Shown: positions 9,124 through 17,672 of the stretch, in pieces | How the letters are laid out: each line of letters starts with the position of its first letter | Position numbering within the stretch: the first letter of the stretch is position 1 | Source: Paracoccaceae bacterium | Lineage (GTDB): Bacteria; Pseudomonadota; Alphaproteobacteria; Rhodobacterales; Rhodobacteraceae | Direction of reading: 5' to 3' | NCBI GenBank assembly: GCA_030626365.1 | Contig: DAOUPC010000001.1 | Location: forward strand, 1 to 33,757 | Length of the DNA: 33,757 nt | Position numbers and translations under genes: made by a program | The notes under the pieces: generated by a model | The model's input: the letters and a program-made list of their open reading frames with translations, nothing else | The model's database searches: none | What the model was told of the DNA's origin: nothing

Positions 9124-10053
9124 CTAGTGGTTTTTGATGATCCGGTTTGACAGGATGCCGATACCTTCGATTTCCAGTTCGAACCGGTCGCCGGGTTCCA
9201 GACGTTTACCTGTCTCAAGGCCGCTGCCGGTGCCCACCGTGCCTGATCCGATCACCTCGCCGGGGTAAATCGTTTCCGAGGCCGATATATGCGCCAGAAT
9301 TGCCCCGAAATCATGGTGCATGTCGCGTGAATTTCCACCGCCCCAACGGATACCATTGATCCGCGCCTGCATGTCCAGCGCCGCCGGGTGTGGCACCTCG
9401 TCCGCCGTCAGGATGAACGGGCCAAGGATGTTGCCCGTGTCGAAATCCTTGCCCTTGGCCGGGCCCAACTGACCCGCCATTTCGTCCATCTGTGCATCGC
9501 GCGCGGATATGTCGTTCAGGATCGTATAGCCGAATATATGCGCGGGGGCGTCCGCGGGCGTGATGTCCTTGCCCTGCTTGCCGACAACAATCGCCAATTC
9601 CAGTTCTATATCCAGAAAATCGGCATATCCGGGCCAGATCACATCCGCGCCATGCCCGACAAAGGACATCCGGTTGCCCTTGTAATAAATCGGCTGACGA
9701 TACCAGACCGGCGGGATGACAAAGCTGCGTCCGGTCATCTTTTCGGCCGCCGCAAAGCTGTTGGTCAGGTGATCCTTGAACACCAGACAATCACGGTACT
9801 GTACCGGCATGAGGGGCGGCATGAATGTCACATCCGCCACCTTCAGAATTGCCCGCCTGTTGGACCGGCGCAGCAGGTGGTGGGCCTGTTCCAACCCATA
9901 ATCACCCTCTTCGATCACCGCCTGCATGTTGGTAAAGGTCCGGGTTTCATAGCGGGCGTATTCAGCCGCGCAATCCAGATCCAGCAGGGTTTCATCATCC
10001 AGCGCCGCCACCACGCGTGTCGTGCCCTCAAAAAGAACTGTTGCCAGCCGCAT
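9124..10053 (-). CDS. Fumarylacetoacetate hydrolase (FAH) family protein
   Basis: 309 aa from the ATG at 10053 (MRLATVLFEG...). FAH-fold strings ELELAIVVGK, GYTILNDISARD, GKDFDT, PGEVIGSGT. The start has a GGGGAA SD. The ORF-track start at 10104 was not used. Confidence 0.85.
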   Translation of the reverse strand: MRLATVLFEGTTRVVAALDDETLLDLDCAAEYARYETRTFTNMQAVIEEGDYGLEQAHHLLRRSNRRAILKVADVTFMPPLMPVQYRDCLVFKDHLTNSFAAAEKMTGRSFVIPPVWYRQPIYYKGNRMSFVGHGADVIWPGYADFLDIELELAIVVGKQGKDITPADAPAHIFGYTILNDISARDAQMDEMAGQLGPAKGKDFDTGNILGPFILTADEVPHPAALDMQARINGIRWGGGNSRDMHHDFGAILAHISASETIYPGEVIGSGTVGTGSGLETGKRLEPGDRFELEIEGIGILSNRIIKNH

Positions 10054-10155
10054 CTTGTTATTCCCCGAATATGGCGACAGCGCGGGTAAACCCGGCCAAG
10101 GCACCTTTGATCTTGTAGGGCAGCCCCCTAGGTGCAGGATTAATGGGTCCTGACC

Positions 10156-12186
10156 CTAATAGGCAACCATCGTCAGCAGTTCGTATTCGCCAACCATGTC
10201 AGCGTCCTGATTGCTTAGCGTTACATGCCAGCGCACCTCGCCATAGTCATCATTGCGTTGGGTTTTCTTTTTCACCGTCAGGCGCACGGCAATGGCATCA
10301 CCCGCGCTGACCGGTTTCATGAATCGCAGGTTATCCAGCCCGGTATTGGCCAAAACCGGCCCTTCGTTCGGTTCAACAAACAACCCCGCCGCAAAGCTAA
10401 GCAACAGATAGCCATGCGCCACACGACCCGGAAAGAACGGGTTTCGGGCGGCGGCGTCTTCGTCCATGTGGGCATAAAAATTATCCCCCGTGAAATCGGC
10501 GAAATGTTCGATGTCATCCAACGTGATGGTGCGCGGCGCGGTATTCAGTGTCTCACCAATCGACAACTCGTCAAAGCGGCAGGTAAAGGGATGCGCCGGG
10601 CCTGCAATCTCGGTCGCGCCGGGCACCCATGTGCCACTGATGGCTGTCAGAATATCGGGCGAACCCTGAATGGCGGTGCGTTGCATGTAATGCATGACAC
10701 CGCGCACCCCGCCCAGTTCCTCGCCGCCACCGGCGCGGCCCGGCCCACCATGCACCATATGCGGCAGGGGGGATCCGTGCCCGGTGGATTCCTTCATAGA
10801 ATCGCGGTTGTTGAAATAAAGCCGCCCGTGAAATGCCCCCGCGCCAATGGCCACCTGACGGGCCACATCCGCGTCATGGGTAATGACCGAGGCCACCAGG
10901 CTGCCTTGCCCCCGGTTGGCCAGCGCAATGGCATGATCCAGATCGCGGTAGGGCATGATGGTTGAAACCGGGCCAAAGGCCTCGACCTCGTGTATGGCCT
11001 GCGCGCTGTCGGGGTCGGCGCAATGAAACAGCATCGGCGGCACAAACGCGCCTTTGGCCGCATCGGCCCCCTCAACGGTGAAATTGTCGGGGTCGCCAAA
11101 TACCCGCTCGGCCTCTTGTGCGATGATCGCCGCACTTGCCAGCACGTCGCGTTTCTGGCCCACGCTGACCAGCGCGCCCATGCGGGTGGTTTCCAGCCGG
11201 GGGTCACCGATCCGTATCTTTGCCAGCCGTTCGGACAGCGCCGAAATTACCGCATCCACCTGTGATTGCGGCGCAAGGATGCGACGAATGGCGGTGCATT
11301 TCTGACCCGCCTTGGCGGTCATTTCGCGGGTCACTTCCTTGACGAACAGGTCAAATTCGGGCGTGCCGGGCACCGCATCAGGCCCCAGAATAGATGCATT
11401 CAGGCTGTCTTGTTCGGCCACAAAGCGCACCGCGTTTTTCAGGATCACCGGGTTTGATCGCAGCATCAGCGCAGTATTGGCCGAGCCTGTAAAACTGACC
11501 ACATCCTGCCCGCCCACATGGCTCAGCATATCACCCAAACCCCCTGACACCAGTTGCAGTGCCCCGGCGGGCAACAGCCCCGAACCAAGCATCAACCGCA
11601 CAGCCAGTTCGGTCACATAACAGGAATTGGTGGCCGGTTTCACAATCGCCGGCATCCCCGCCAACAGGGCCGGGGCCAGCTTTTCCAACATCCCCCAGAC
11701 CGGAAAGTTGAAGGCGTTGATATGCACCGCCACGCCCTGAAGGGGGGTGCATATGTGTTGACCCAGAAAGGTGCCGCTGCGGCCCAGCTGTTCAACCTCT
11801 CCGTCAACATAGACATGCCCGTCGGGCATTTCACGCCGCCCTTTTGAGGCAAAGACAAACATCGTGCCAATGCCACCATCGACATCAATCATATGATCCG
11901 ATTGCGTGGCACCGGTGTCGAACGACAGATCATAAAGCGCCTGTTTGTTCCTGCCCAGATGCGCCGCCAATCCTTTGAGCATCCTTGCCCGGTCATGAAA
12001 CGTCATGGCGCGCAGGGCCGGGCCACCCACGGTACGGGCGTGATCCAGCATGGCCTGCACATCCAGTGTGTCGTTGCCCGCCTGCGCGATCACCTTCCCG
12101 GTGATTGCACTGGCGATATCGCGCGCACCGGAACCGGGGGCGATCCATGAACCTGCGGCGAAACTGGGGACCTGTTGGATGCTCAT
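10156..12186 (-). CDS. paaZ: Bifunctional PaaZ: oxepin-CoA hydrolase (C-terminal MaoC hotdog) / 3-oxo-5,6-dehydrosuberyl-CoA semialdehyde dehydrogenase (N-terminal ALDH)
   Basis: 676 aa from the ATG at 12186, with AAGGAG SD at 12194-12199. ALDH domain with FTGS and catalytic-Cys region AGQKCTA. C-terminal MaoC region [22 protein letters not shown]. Divergent from paaG. Confidence 0.9.
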   Translation of the reverse strand: MSIQQVPSFAAGSWIAPGSGARDIASAITGKVIAQAGNDTLDVQAMLDHARTVGGPALRAMTFHDRARMLKGLAAHLGRNKQALYDLSFDTGATQSDHMIDVDGGIGTMFVFASKGRREMPDGHVYVDGEVEQLGRSGTFLGQHICTPLQGVAVHINAFNFPVWGMLEKLAPALLAGMPAIVKPATNSCYVTELAVRLMLGSGLLPAGALQLVSGGLGDMLSHVGGQDVVSFTGSANTALMLRSNPVILKNAVRFVAEQDSLNASILGPDAVPGTPEFDLFVKEVTREMTAKAGQKCTAIRRILAPQSQVDAVISALSERLAKIRIGDPRLETTRMGALVSVGQKRDVLASAAIIAQEAERVFGDPDNFTVEGADAAKGAFVPPMLFHCADPDSAQAIHEVEAFGPVSTIMPYRDLDHAIALANRGQGSLVASVITHDADVARQVAIGAGAFHGRLYFNNRDSMKESTGHGSPLPHMVHGGPGRAGGGEELGGVRGVMHYMQRTAIQGSPDILTAISGTWVPGATEIAGPAHPFTCRFDELSIGETLNTAPRTITLDDIEHFADFTGDNFYAHMDEDAAARNPFFPGRVAHGYLLLSFAAGLFVEPNEGPVLANTGLDNLRFMKPVSAGDAIAVRLTVKKKTQRNDDYGEVRWHVTLSNQDADMVGEYELLTMVAY

Positions 12187-12253
12187 TATCGTTCTCCTTG
12201 GCCTGCAAGGCCCTGTTGTCGCTGGGATTGATCCGTTGGCTTTATTATTGACC

Positions 12254-12265
12254 AACCGTTCGGTT
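12254..12265. promoter_or_regulatory. Candidate PaaR operator (AACCG-TT-CGGTT) in the paaZ/paaG divergent promoter region
   Basis: Inverted repeat lying between a TTGACC -35-like hexamer (12248-12253) and the paaG start. It shares the core ACCG-N2-CGGT with the palindrome at 19914-19929 upstream of paaJ. Confidence 0.35.
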
Positions 12266-12308
12266 TATGCAAGATACGATCCAGCGGTCACATACTCAGA
12301 GGGGCAAC

Positions 12309-13100
12309 ATGAGCGACAGTATTCTTGCGCAAAACCACGGAAACTGGACAGAAATCACGCTGAACCGGCCCGACCGCCTGAACAGCTTTAATGACGCCAT
12401 GCATCTGGCCCTGCGCGGCGAAATCGAAAAGGCGCGCGATGGTGGGGCGCGGGCAATTCTGCTGACCGGGGCAGGGCGCGGGTTTTGTGCCGGGCAGGAT
12501 CTGGGCGACCGGGACCCGTCCAAAATGGACAGCCCCCCGGACCTGAGCCAGACAATCCTGACCTATTACGCGCCGCTGGTCCGCCTGATCCGGTCGCTGG
12601 AATTTCCGGTGGTCTGCGCGGTAAACGGCGTGGCCGCAGGGGCAGGGGCCAACATCGCGCTGGCCTGCGACATCGTGCTGGCGGCAAACAGCGCCCGGTT
12701 TATCCAAAGTTTCGCCAAGGTCGGCCTGGTGCCGGACGCAGGCGGCAGTTTCGCACTGCCCCGCCTTCTGGGCGAGGCCCGCGCCAAGGGGCTGGCCCTG
12801 ACCGCCACGCCTTTGTCCGCCGAACAGGCCGCCGAATGGGGCCTGATCTGGAAGGCCATCGCAGACGCCGACCTGATGGACGAGGCCCGCAGCCTGACCG
12901 CCGGACTGGCCGATGGGCCAACCGTTGGACTGGGCCTGACCAAGATGGCGATACAGGCCGCCGCAACCAATTCACTGGATCAACAGCTAGAGCTTGAGGC
13001 CCAGTCACAGAAAACCTGTGGCGAAAGCCCCGACTACGCCGAGGGCGTCAGCGCCTTTCTGGGCAAACGCACGCCAATATTCAAAGGAACCAGAACATGA
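12309..13100 (+). CDS. paaG: 1,2-epoxyphenylacetyl-CoA isomerase (crotonase family)
   Basis: 263 aa. Near-colinear similarity to my recollection of E. coli PaaG: LNRPDRLNSFND, LLTGAGRGFCAGQDL, VCAVNGVAAGAGAN, DYAEGVSAFLGKR. The start at 12309 has a GAGGGG SD. Confidence 0.88.
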   Translation: MSDSILAQNHGNWTEITLNRPDRLNSFNDAMHLALRGEIEKARDGGARAILLTGAGRGFCAGQDLGDRDPSKMDSPPDLSQTILTYYAPLVRLIRSLEFPVVCAVNGVAAGAGANIALACDIVLAANSARFIQSFAKVGLVPDAGGSFALPRLLGEARAKGLALTATPLSAEQAAEWGLIWKAIADADLMDEARSLTAGLADGPTVGLGLTKMAIQAAATNSLDQQLELEAQSQKTCGESPDYAEGVSAFLGKRTPIFKGTRT

Positions 13101-13522
13101 CGCCGCAACAACGCGCCGAACGCACGGCCAGCACGATGATGACGGCCGATGCCGCCTCGCCCTGGGTCGGAATTGAAGTGGTTTCAATGGATGAAGGGGC
13201 CGCGACGATGGCGCTGACAGTGCAGAAACACCATTGCAACGGCCACGGCATCTGCCATGGCGGCATTACCTATATGCTGGCCGATACCGCGTTTGCCTTT
13301 GCCGCCAACAGCCGCAACCAATCCACCGTCGCGCATCACAACTCGATCAGTTATCTGGCCCCCGGCCAGTTGGGCGACTGCCTGACCGCCATCGCAACCG
13401 AGATAAGCCTGGCAGGACGCACAGGTATTTACGACGTGACCGTCACAAACCAGCACGGTCAGGTCACGGCCGAATTTCGCGGCATATCGCGGACCATAAA
13501 AGGTCAGATATTTGACGAATGA
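13097..13522 (+). CDS. paaI: Hydroxyphenylacetyl-CoA thioesterase (hotdog fold)
   Basis: 141 aa. PaaI-type motif NGHGICHGGITYMLADTAFAFA. ATGA start/stop overlap with paaG at 13097-13100. Confidence 0.85.
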   Translation: MTPQQRAERTASTMMTADAASPWVGIEVVSMDEGAATMALTVQKHHCNGHGICHGGITYMLADTAFAFAANSRNQSTVAHHNSISYLAPGQLGDCLTAIATEISLAGRTGIYDVTVTNQHGQVTAEFRGISRTIKGQIFDE

Positions 13523-13540
13523 TCAGGACCAAGGAAGGCC

Positions 13541-13648
13541 ATGATGAAGGATCTGCCCCCACATAAATCCAACCTGGACCGCCTGAAATGGGGGCCGCAC
13601 CGGGCGCGGCCTGTGGCCGGCGTGTCAGACAACCGGAACAAGGGATAA
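13541..13648 (+). other. 35-codon ORF (MMKDLPPHKSNLDRLKWGPHRARPVAGVSDNRNKG) with a strong SD; possible vestige of the paaK 5' end, or an upstream ORF of paaR
   Basis: AAGGAAGG SD at 13531-13538, with its 3' end 2 nt upstream of the ATG at 13541. The TAA stop at 13646-13648 lies 4 nt before the paaR ATG. Below the ORF-track size cut-off. See findings. Confidence 0.25.
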
Positions 13649-13652
13649 TCCC

Positions 13653-14249
13653 ATGGCCCGCACCATCGCCAAGGACCACGACCAAAAGCGCGCCCAGATC
13701 CTCAGGGCGGCGGCCAAGGTGTTTGCCACCGAAGGGTTCGATCGCGCCTCGATGACCCAACTGGCGCGTGAATGCGGTATCTCAAAGGCCAATATCTATC
13801 ACTATTACGACGGCAAAGACGCGATCCTGTTTGACATTCTTGACAGTTACCTGCGGGCGCTGCGGGACCGGATCGTCGGTATTGATGTGGCCGGGCTGGA
13901 CCCGCAACAGCGGTTGCAGCACATCGTGTCGGAAATCCTGCTGGCCTATCAGGGGGCGGACCACGAACATCAGGTACAGATCAACGGCATGTCGGCCCTG
14001 CCGGATGCCCAGCAAAAGCTGTTGCGCGGGTATCAGCGCGATATGGTGACGTACGTCAGCGACACCATTCTGGCGATTGCGCCGGGTGTGTTCTGCGATG
14101 ACGCGCCCAAACTGCGGGCGACAACCATGTCGGTGTTTGGAATGCTGAACTGGTATTACATGTGGAACACCGGGGCCGGAGCACAGGCGCGCGATGAATA
14201 CGCAAGGCTGGTTACGAACCTGACACTGAACGGGCTGAACGGGCTTTAG
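13653..14249 (+). CDS. paaR: TetR-family transcriptional regulator, probable phenylacetate-catabolism repressor
   Basis: 198 aa. N-terminal TetR HTH: ILRAAAKVFATEGFDRASMTQLARECGISKANIYHYY. Embedded in the paa cluster. Confidence 0.75.
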   Translation: MARTIAKDHDQKRAQILRAAAKVFATEGFDRASMTQLARECGISKANIYHYYDGKDAILFDILDSYLRALRDRIVGIDVAGLDPQQRLQHIVSEILLAYQGADHEHQVQINGMSALPDAQQKLLRGYQRDMVTYVSDTILAIAPGVFCDDAPKLRATTMSVFGMLNWYYMWNTGAGAQARDEYARLVTNLTLNGLNGL

Positions 14250-14911
14250 CGGCTTGATACACGCGGCGAGATTTCGCGCCGTATCTGTTCGCCCAGCTTG
14301 TGGCGTGCGCGCTCCAGGTCATGCTCCAATTGCAGATGCACCCAGAAATCTGCCGCCGTGCTGAAATAGCGTGCCAGGCGCAGTGACAATTCGACCCCCA
14401 CGCTGGTGTCTCCGGCCAGCAGGTCAATAACTCGCCCCTCCAGAACACCGATGTTTTGGGCCAGTTCGGGTGCCGAAATGCCAAGCGGTTTCATGTATTC
14501 ACCCATCAGCACATCACCCGGGCGCGGGCACAGGAACACCGGCTTGGCGGTTTTTTCCTCTTCTCCGGGGGGCAAAAGCTGAACCTCGGTGGCGTATCCG
14601 GCGGCCTTCCAGGCGTCCATGCCGCCAGTCATGTGGATGATGTCCTTGTGCCCCTCGTTCAGCAGCATTTTACCCGCCGCCTCGGAGCGTTTGCCCACCG
14701 CACAATGCAAAACCACGGTCTTGCCGGGCAGGGACGGAAAGAACTCTGCGTCAAAGCTGGACAGGGGCAGCAACAAGGCCCCGGCGATATGCTCGGCATC
14801 GTATTCCGAGGTTTCGCGCACATCGACCAACAGGATTTCGTTGCGGTCCAGCCATTCCTTGATCTGTTTGACATCGGCGGCCCGAACCGTGCGTGGTGCT
14901 GTGTCGGTCAT
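14246..14911 (-). CDS. Fusion protein: N-terminal single-domain rhodanese (sulfurtransferase) + C-terminal HigA/VapI-type XRE HTH (antitoxin-like DNA-binding domain)
   Basis: 221 aa from the ATG at 14911. Rhodanese part: LLVDVRETSEYDAEHIAGA..VVLHCAVGKRS (active-site Cys70, codon 14702-14704)..GGMDAWKAAG. HigA part: PGDVLMGEYMKPLGISAPELAQNIG..RVIDLLAGDTSVGVELSLRLARYFSTAADFWVHLQLEHDL. The stop codon overlaps the paaR stop on the other strand. Confidence 0.8.
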   Translation of the reverse strand: MTDTAPRTVRAADVKQIKEWLDRNEILLVDVRETSEYDAEHIAGALLLPLSSFDAEFFPSLPGKTVVLHCAVGKRSEAAGKMLLNEGHKDIIHMTGGMDAWKAAGYATEVQLLPPGEEEKTAKPVFLCPRPGDVLMGEYMKPLGISAPELAQNIGVLEGRVIDLLAGDTSVGVELSLRLARYFSTAADFWVHLQLEHDLERARHKLGEQIRREISPRVSSR

Positions 14912-15034
14912 TGCTGAATCCCTTTTCTGGCGGCTGATCCCCCTTACAATGTAGTGACCCCGACGCAATAGAAAAAGGGGCCGTCTTTGCGCGGCACTTC
15001 CCCCCCCGTGTCACCCAACCGGGATCACCCGGCC

Positions 15035-16108
15035 TTACTGATTGTAATCAACGACAACCTTGTCGCTTATCGGAAAGGACTGGCACGAAAGGATATAGCC
15101 CTTTTCCACCTCGTAATCCTCAAGCGCGTGGTTCGAGGCCATTTCGACCTCGCCTTCGATCACCTTGCAACGGCAGGTCGAACAAACCCCGGCCTTGCAG
15201 GCATAGGGCACATCAATTGTGTTTTGCAGGGCCCCATCCAGAATCGACACATCCCGGGACGTGGTGATGGTCTGGCTTGCGCCATCCAGCATGATCACCA
15301 CATTCGTTTGATCCCCGCCACTGGCCGCACCGGTTGATGCCGCCTTTTGTTTTGCGCGCCCCGGCTGGGAACTGGCGAACAATTCAAACTTGATCTGGCT
15401 GTCGTCCAGCCCGTGATCGCGCAGCGCCGCCGCAATGCCCAGCATCATCGGTTCCGGCCCACAGATGAATGCGGTATCGACATGTTCGATATCGATCCAG
15501 CCCTTGAACAACTCGGCACATTTTCCCGTGCTGACCAGCCCGGTGAACAGGTCGATTTCCTGTGCGTCCGTTTCCAGAATGTGGATGACGTTGAACCGGC
15601 CCATATAGGTGTTCTTTAGGTCTTCCAGTTCCTCGCGGAACATGATCGTGCTGACGCCCTTGTTGGCATAGACCAGCGTAAAGGTGGAATTGGGTTCGCG
15701 CGCCAGCGTGGTTTTCAGGATCGACAGAACCGGGGTAACCCCCGACCCACCGGCAAAGCCCAGGTATTGCCTGTCGGCCCCTGGGTCCAGTTCGGTGAAA
15801 AAGCTGCCCATCGGGGCCATCGCCTGCATCGTGTCACCCACGGCCAGTTCTTCGTTGGCCCAGGTCGAAAAGGCCCCGCCATCGACCCGCTTTATGCCAA
15901 CCTGAAGGGCGGCGTCATCCTTACCCGAACAGATCGAATAGCTGCGGCGCAGTTCCTGCCCGTCAAAATCGCGGCGAAAGGTCAGATACTGGCCTTGGGT
16001 GAATTCAAATGCGTCCGCCGCACCGTTTGCCGGTTTCAGCGTGACAACAACCGCATCGCGGATGGTTTTGGTGACGTCAGTGACGGTCAGATCGTGAAAG
16101 CGCGCCAT
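15035..16108 (-). CDS. paaE: Phenylacetyl-CoA epoxidase reductase subunit (FNR-like domain + plant-type 2Fe-2S)
   Basis: 357 aa. RRSYSICS FAD-binding motif, GGSGVTP NAD-binding motif, C-terminal CKAGVCSTCRC ferredoxin cysteines. Confidence 0.9.
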   Translation of the reverse strand: MARFHDLTVTDVTKTIRDAVVVTLKPANGAADAFEFTQGQYLTFRRDFDGQELRRSYSICSGKDDAALQVGIKRVDGGAFSTWANEELAVGDTMQAMAPMGSFFTELDPGADRQYLGFAGGSGVTPVLSILKTTLAREPNSTFTLVYANKGVSTIMFREELEDLKNTYMGRFNVIHILETDAQEIDLFTGLVSTGKCAELFKGWIDIEHVDTAFICGPEPMMLGIAAALRDHGLDDSQIKFELFASSQPGRAKQKAASTGAASGGDQTNVVIMLDGASQTITTSRDVSILDGALQNTIDVPYACKAGVCSTCRCKVIEGEVEMASNHALEDYEVEKGYILSCQSFPISDKVVVDYNQ

Positions 16109-16126
16109 TGGTTTTGCGGTCCTTAC

Positions 16127-16588
16127 TCAGATGCACTTGAAGTATTCAAATGGTTCCAGACAATCCCGGCAACGCCATTGCGCCTTGCACGGGGTCGAGC
16201 CGAACTGGCTCAGTTTTTCTAAATTGCTGCCCTTGCATTGCGGACAGCGTGTTGGCCCGCCCGCAGGTTGCGGCGGGGCGATCCCGTATTCTTCCAGCGC
16301 CGCGCGGCCCTTGCCGGACAGCCAGTCGGTGGTCCAGGCGGGCGACAACTGGCGTTTCAGTTCCAGCCGTTCAATCCCATGCCCGCGCAACGCGGTTTCG
16401 ATATCCATGTTGATGATCGAGGTCGCCGGACACCCCGAATAGGTGGGGGTAAGCGTGACAATCAGCGTATCGTCCTGCCATGCAACGCCCCGGATGATGC
16501 CAAGATCAACCAGTGAAATCACCGGAATCTCGGGGTCAGGAACGCCGTCAAGCCATTCCCAGACCTGTTTAACATCTGGCCGGGTCAT
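16127..16588 (-). CDS. paaD: Phenylacetyl-CoA epoxidase subunit PaaD
   Basis: 153 aa. DPEIPVISLVDLGI, TPTYSGCPA, and the C-terminal Cys cluster CPQC..CRDC typical of PaaD. Confidence 0.88.
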   Translation of the reverse strand: MTRPDVKQVWEWLDGVPDPEIPVISLVDLGIIRGVAWQDDTLIVTLTPTYSGCPATSIINMDIETALRGHGIERLELKRQLSPAWTTDWLSGKGRAALEEYGIAPPQPAGGPTRCPQCKGSNLEKLSQFGSTPCKAQWRCRDCLEPFEYFKCI

Positions 16589-16594
16589 GTGTTG

Positions 16595-17365
16595 TTACCA
16601 CTCGGCCCCGGGATAGGTCCGCTGCAACCACTGCATCGAGGTCAGTATATGGCCCAGATGTTCGGTGTGCATGTACCCTGTGCGCCCGCCCTTGTGGGTA
16701 TAGGCCCTGTCAGGAATAACCAGCGTCGCCTCGGCCATCACCTTGCCGACCAATGCGTCGTATTCGGCGCGCAGGCTGGATGGGTCGGGGGCAATCCCGG
16801 CCTGAACCATCGCCGCATCGGTGTCATCGCTCAGGAACATTTCGCCCACATAAGGGTAAAGATAATCCAGCGCGACCTGCATGCGCGCGTGGCTTTCATC
16901 GGTTCCATCGCCAAGACCAACAACCGTCCCGGACGAACGCTCAACGTGATAGGTGACCTCTTTGCTGACCTTTTCGGCGATTGCGGCAATGCGCGGATCG
17001 GATGATTTGATCAGCCGGCCCAGCATGATGGACTGCCACGCATCAAACAGAAACTGACGCATCAGCGTCTGGCCAAAATCACCATTGGGCAGCTCGACCA
17101 ACAGCACATTGCGGAAATCCCAGGCATCACGCAGGAACGCCAGCTTGTCCGCGCTGCTGTCGTTTCCCTTAACCTCGGCGGCAAGGCCCAGCCACAGTTG
17201 GGTCTGGCCGATCAGGTCCAGCGCGGTGTTGGCCAGGGCGATATCTTCTTCCAGAACCGGCGAATGGCCGCACCATTCACTGACCCGGTGGCCCAGCACC
17301 AGCGTGTTGTCACCCAGCCGCAAAAGAAACTGCGTCAGGGCGTTTTGATCGACCTGCGTCATCAC
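16595..17365 (-). CDS. paaC: Phenylacetyl-CoA epoxidase subunit PaaC
   Basis: 256 aa. Ferritin-like PaaC style (LRLGDNTLVLGHRVSEWCGH.P.LEEDIALAN). ATGA overlap with paaB at 17362-17365. Confidence 0.88.
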   Translation of the reverse strand: MMTQVDQNALTQFLLRLGDNTLVLGHRVSEWCGHSPVLEEDIALANTALDLIGQTQLWLGLAAEVKGNDSSADKLAFLRDAWDFRNVLLVELPNGDFGQTLMRQFLFDAWQSIMLGRLIKSSDPRIAAIAEKVSKEVTYHVERSSGTVVGLGDGTDESHARMQVALDYLYPYVGEMFLSDDTDAAMVQAGIAPDPSSLRAEYDALVGKVMAEATLVIPDRAYTHKGGRTGYMHTEHLGHILTSMQWLQRTYPGAEW

Positions 17366-17646
17366 ATGGACCCCACTTCGTCGGGGATATCAAAGAACGT
17401 TGGGTGGCGGTAAACCTTGGACTGCGAGGGGTCGTAATAGGGGCCTTTGTCGCCGGGTGTGCTGGCCGCGATATGTGCCGCCTCGGCCACCCAGATCGAC
17501 ACACCTTCGTTGCGGCGCGTATAAACGTCGCGGGCATTTCGGATGGCTGTTTCTGCGTCCGGCGCATGCAGCGATCCGACATGGCGGTGCGACAACCCGT
17601 GCTGACCACGGATGAATACTTCCCACAGGGGCCATTCGTTTTTCAT
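17362..17646 (-). CDS. paaB: Phenylacetyl-CoA epoxidase subunit PaaB
   Basis: 94 aa. WPLWEVFIRGQHGLSHRHVGSLHA..ARDVYTRR is the conserved PaaB core. Confidence 0.9.
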   Translation of the reverse strand: MKNEWPLWEVFIRGQHGLSHRHVGSLHAPDAETAIRNARDVYTRRNEGVSIWVAEAAHIAASTPGDKGPYYDPSQSKVYRHPTFFDIPDEVGSM

Positions 17647-17672
17647 GTGCTTGTCCTCTCGGCTAACGAAAA

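Noticed and set aside
7743-9218. 491-aa minus-strand ORF opposite the acyl-CoA dehydrogenase
   Set aside because: Same reasoning as above. It is antisense to a clear ACAD, has no motifs, and runs through the intrinsic terminator at 9066-9110.
14912-15034. Search for a HigB-type toxin partner next to the HigA-like domain
   Set aside because: Only 123 nt separate the fusion gene from paaE, and the other flank is the convergent paaR. No ORF of toxin size (about 90 aa) fits, so this is not a canonical toxin-antitoxin module.
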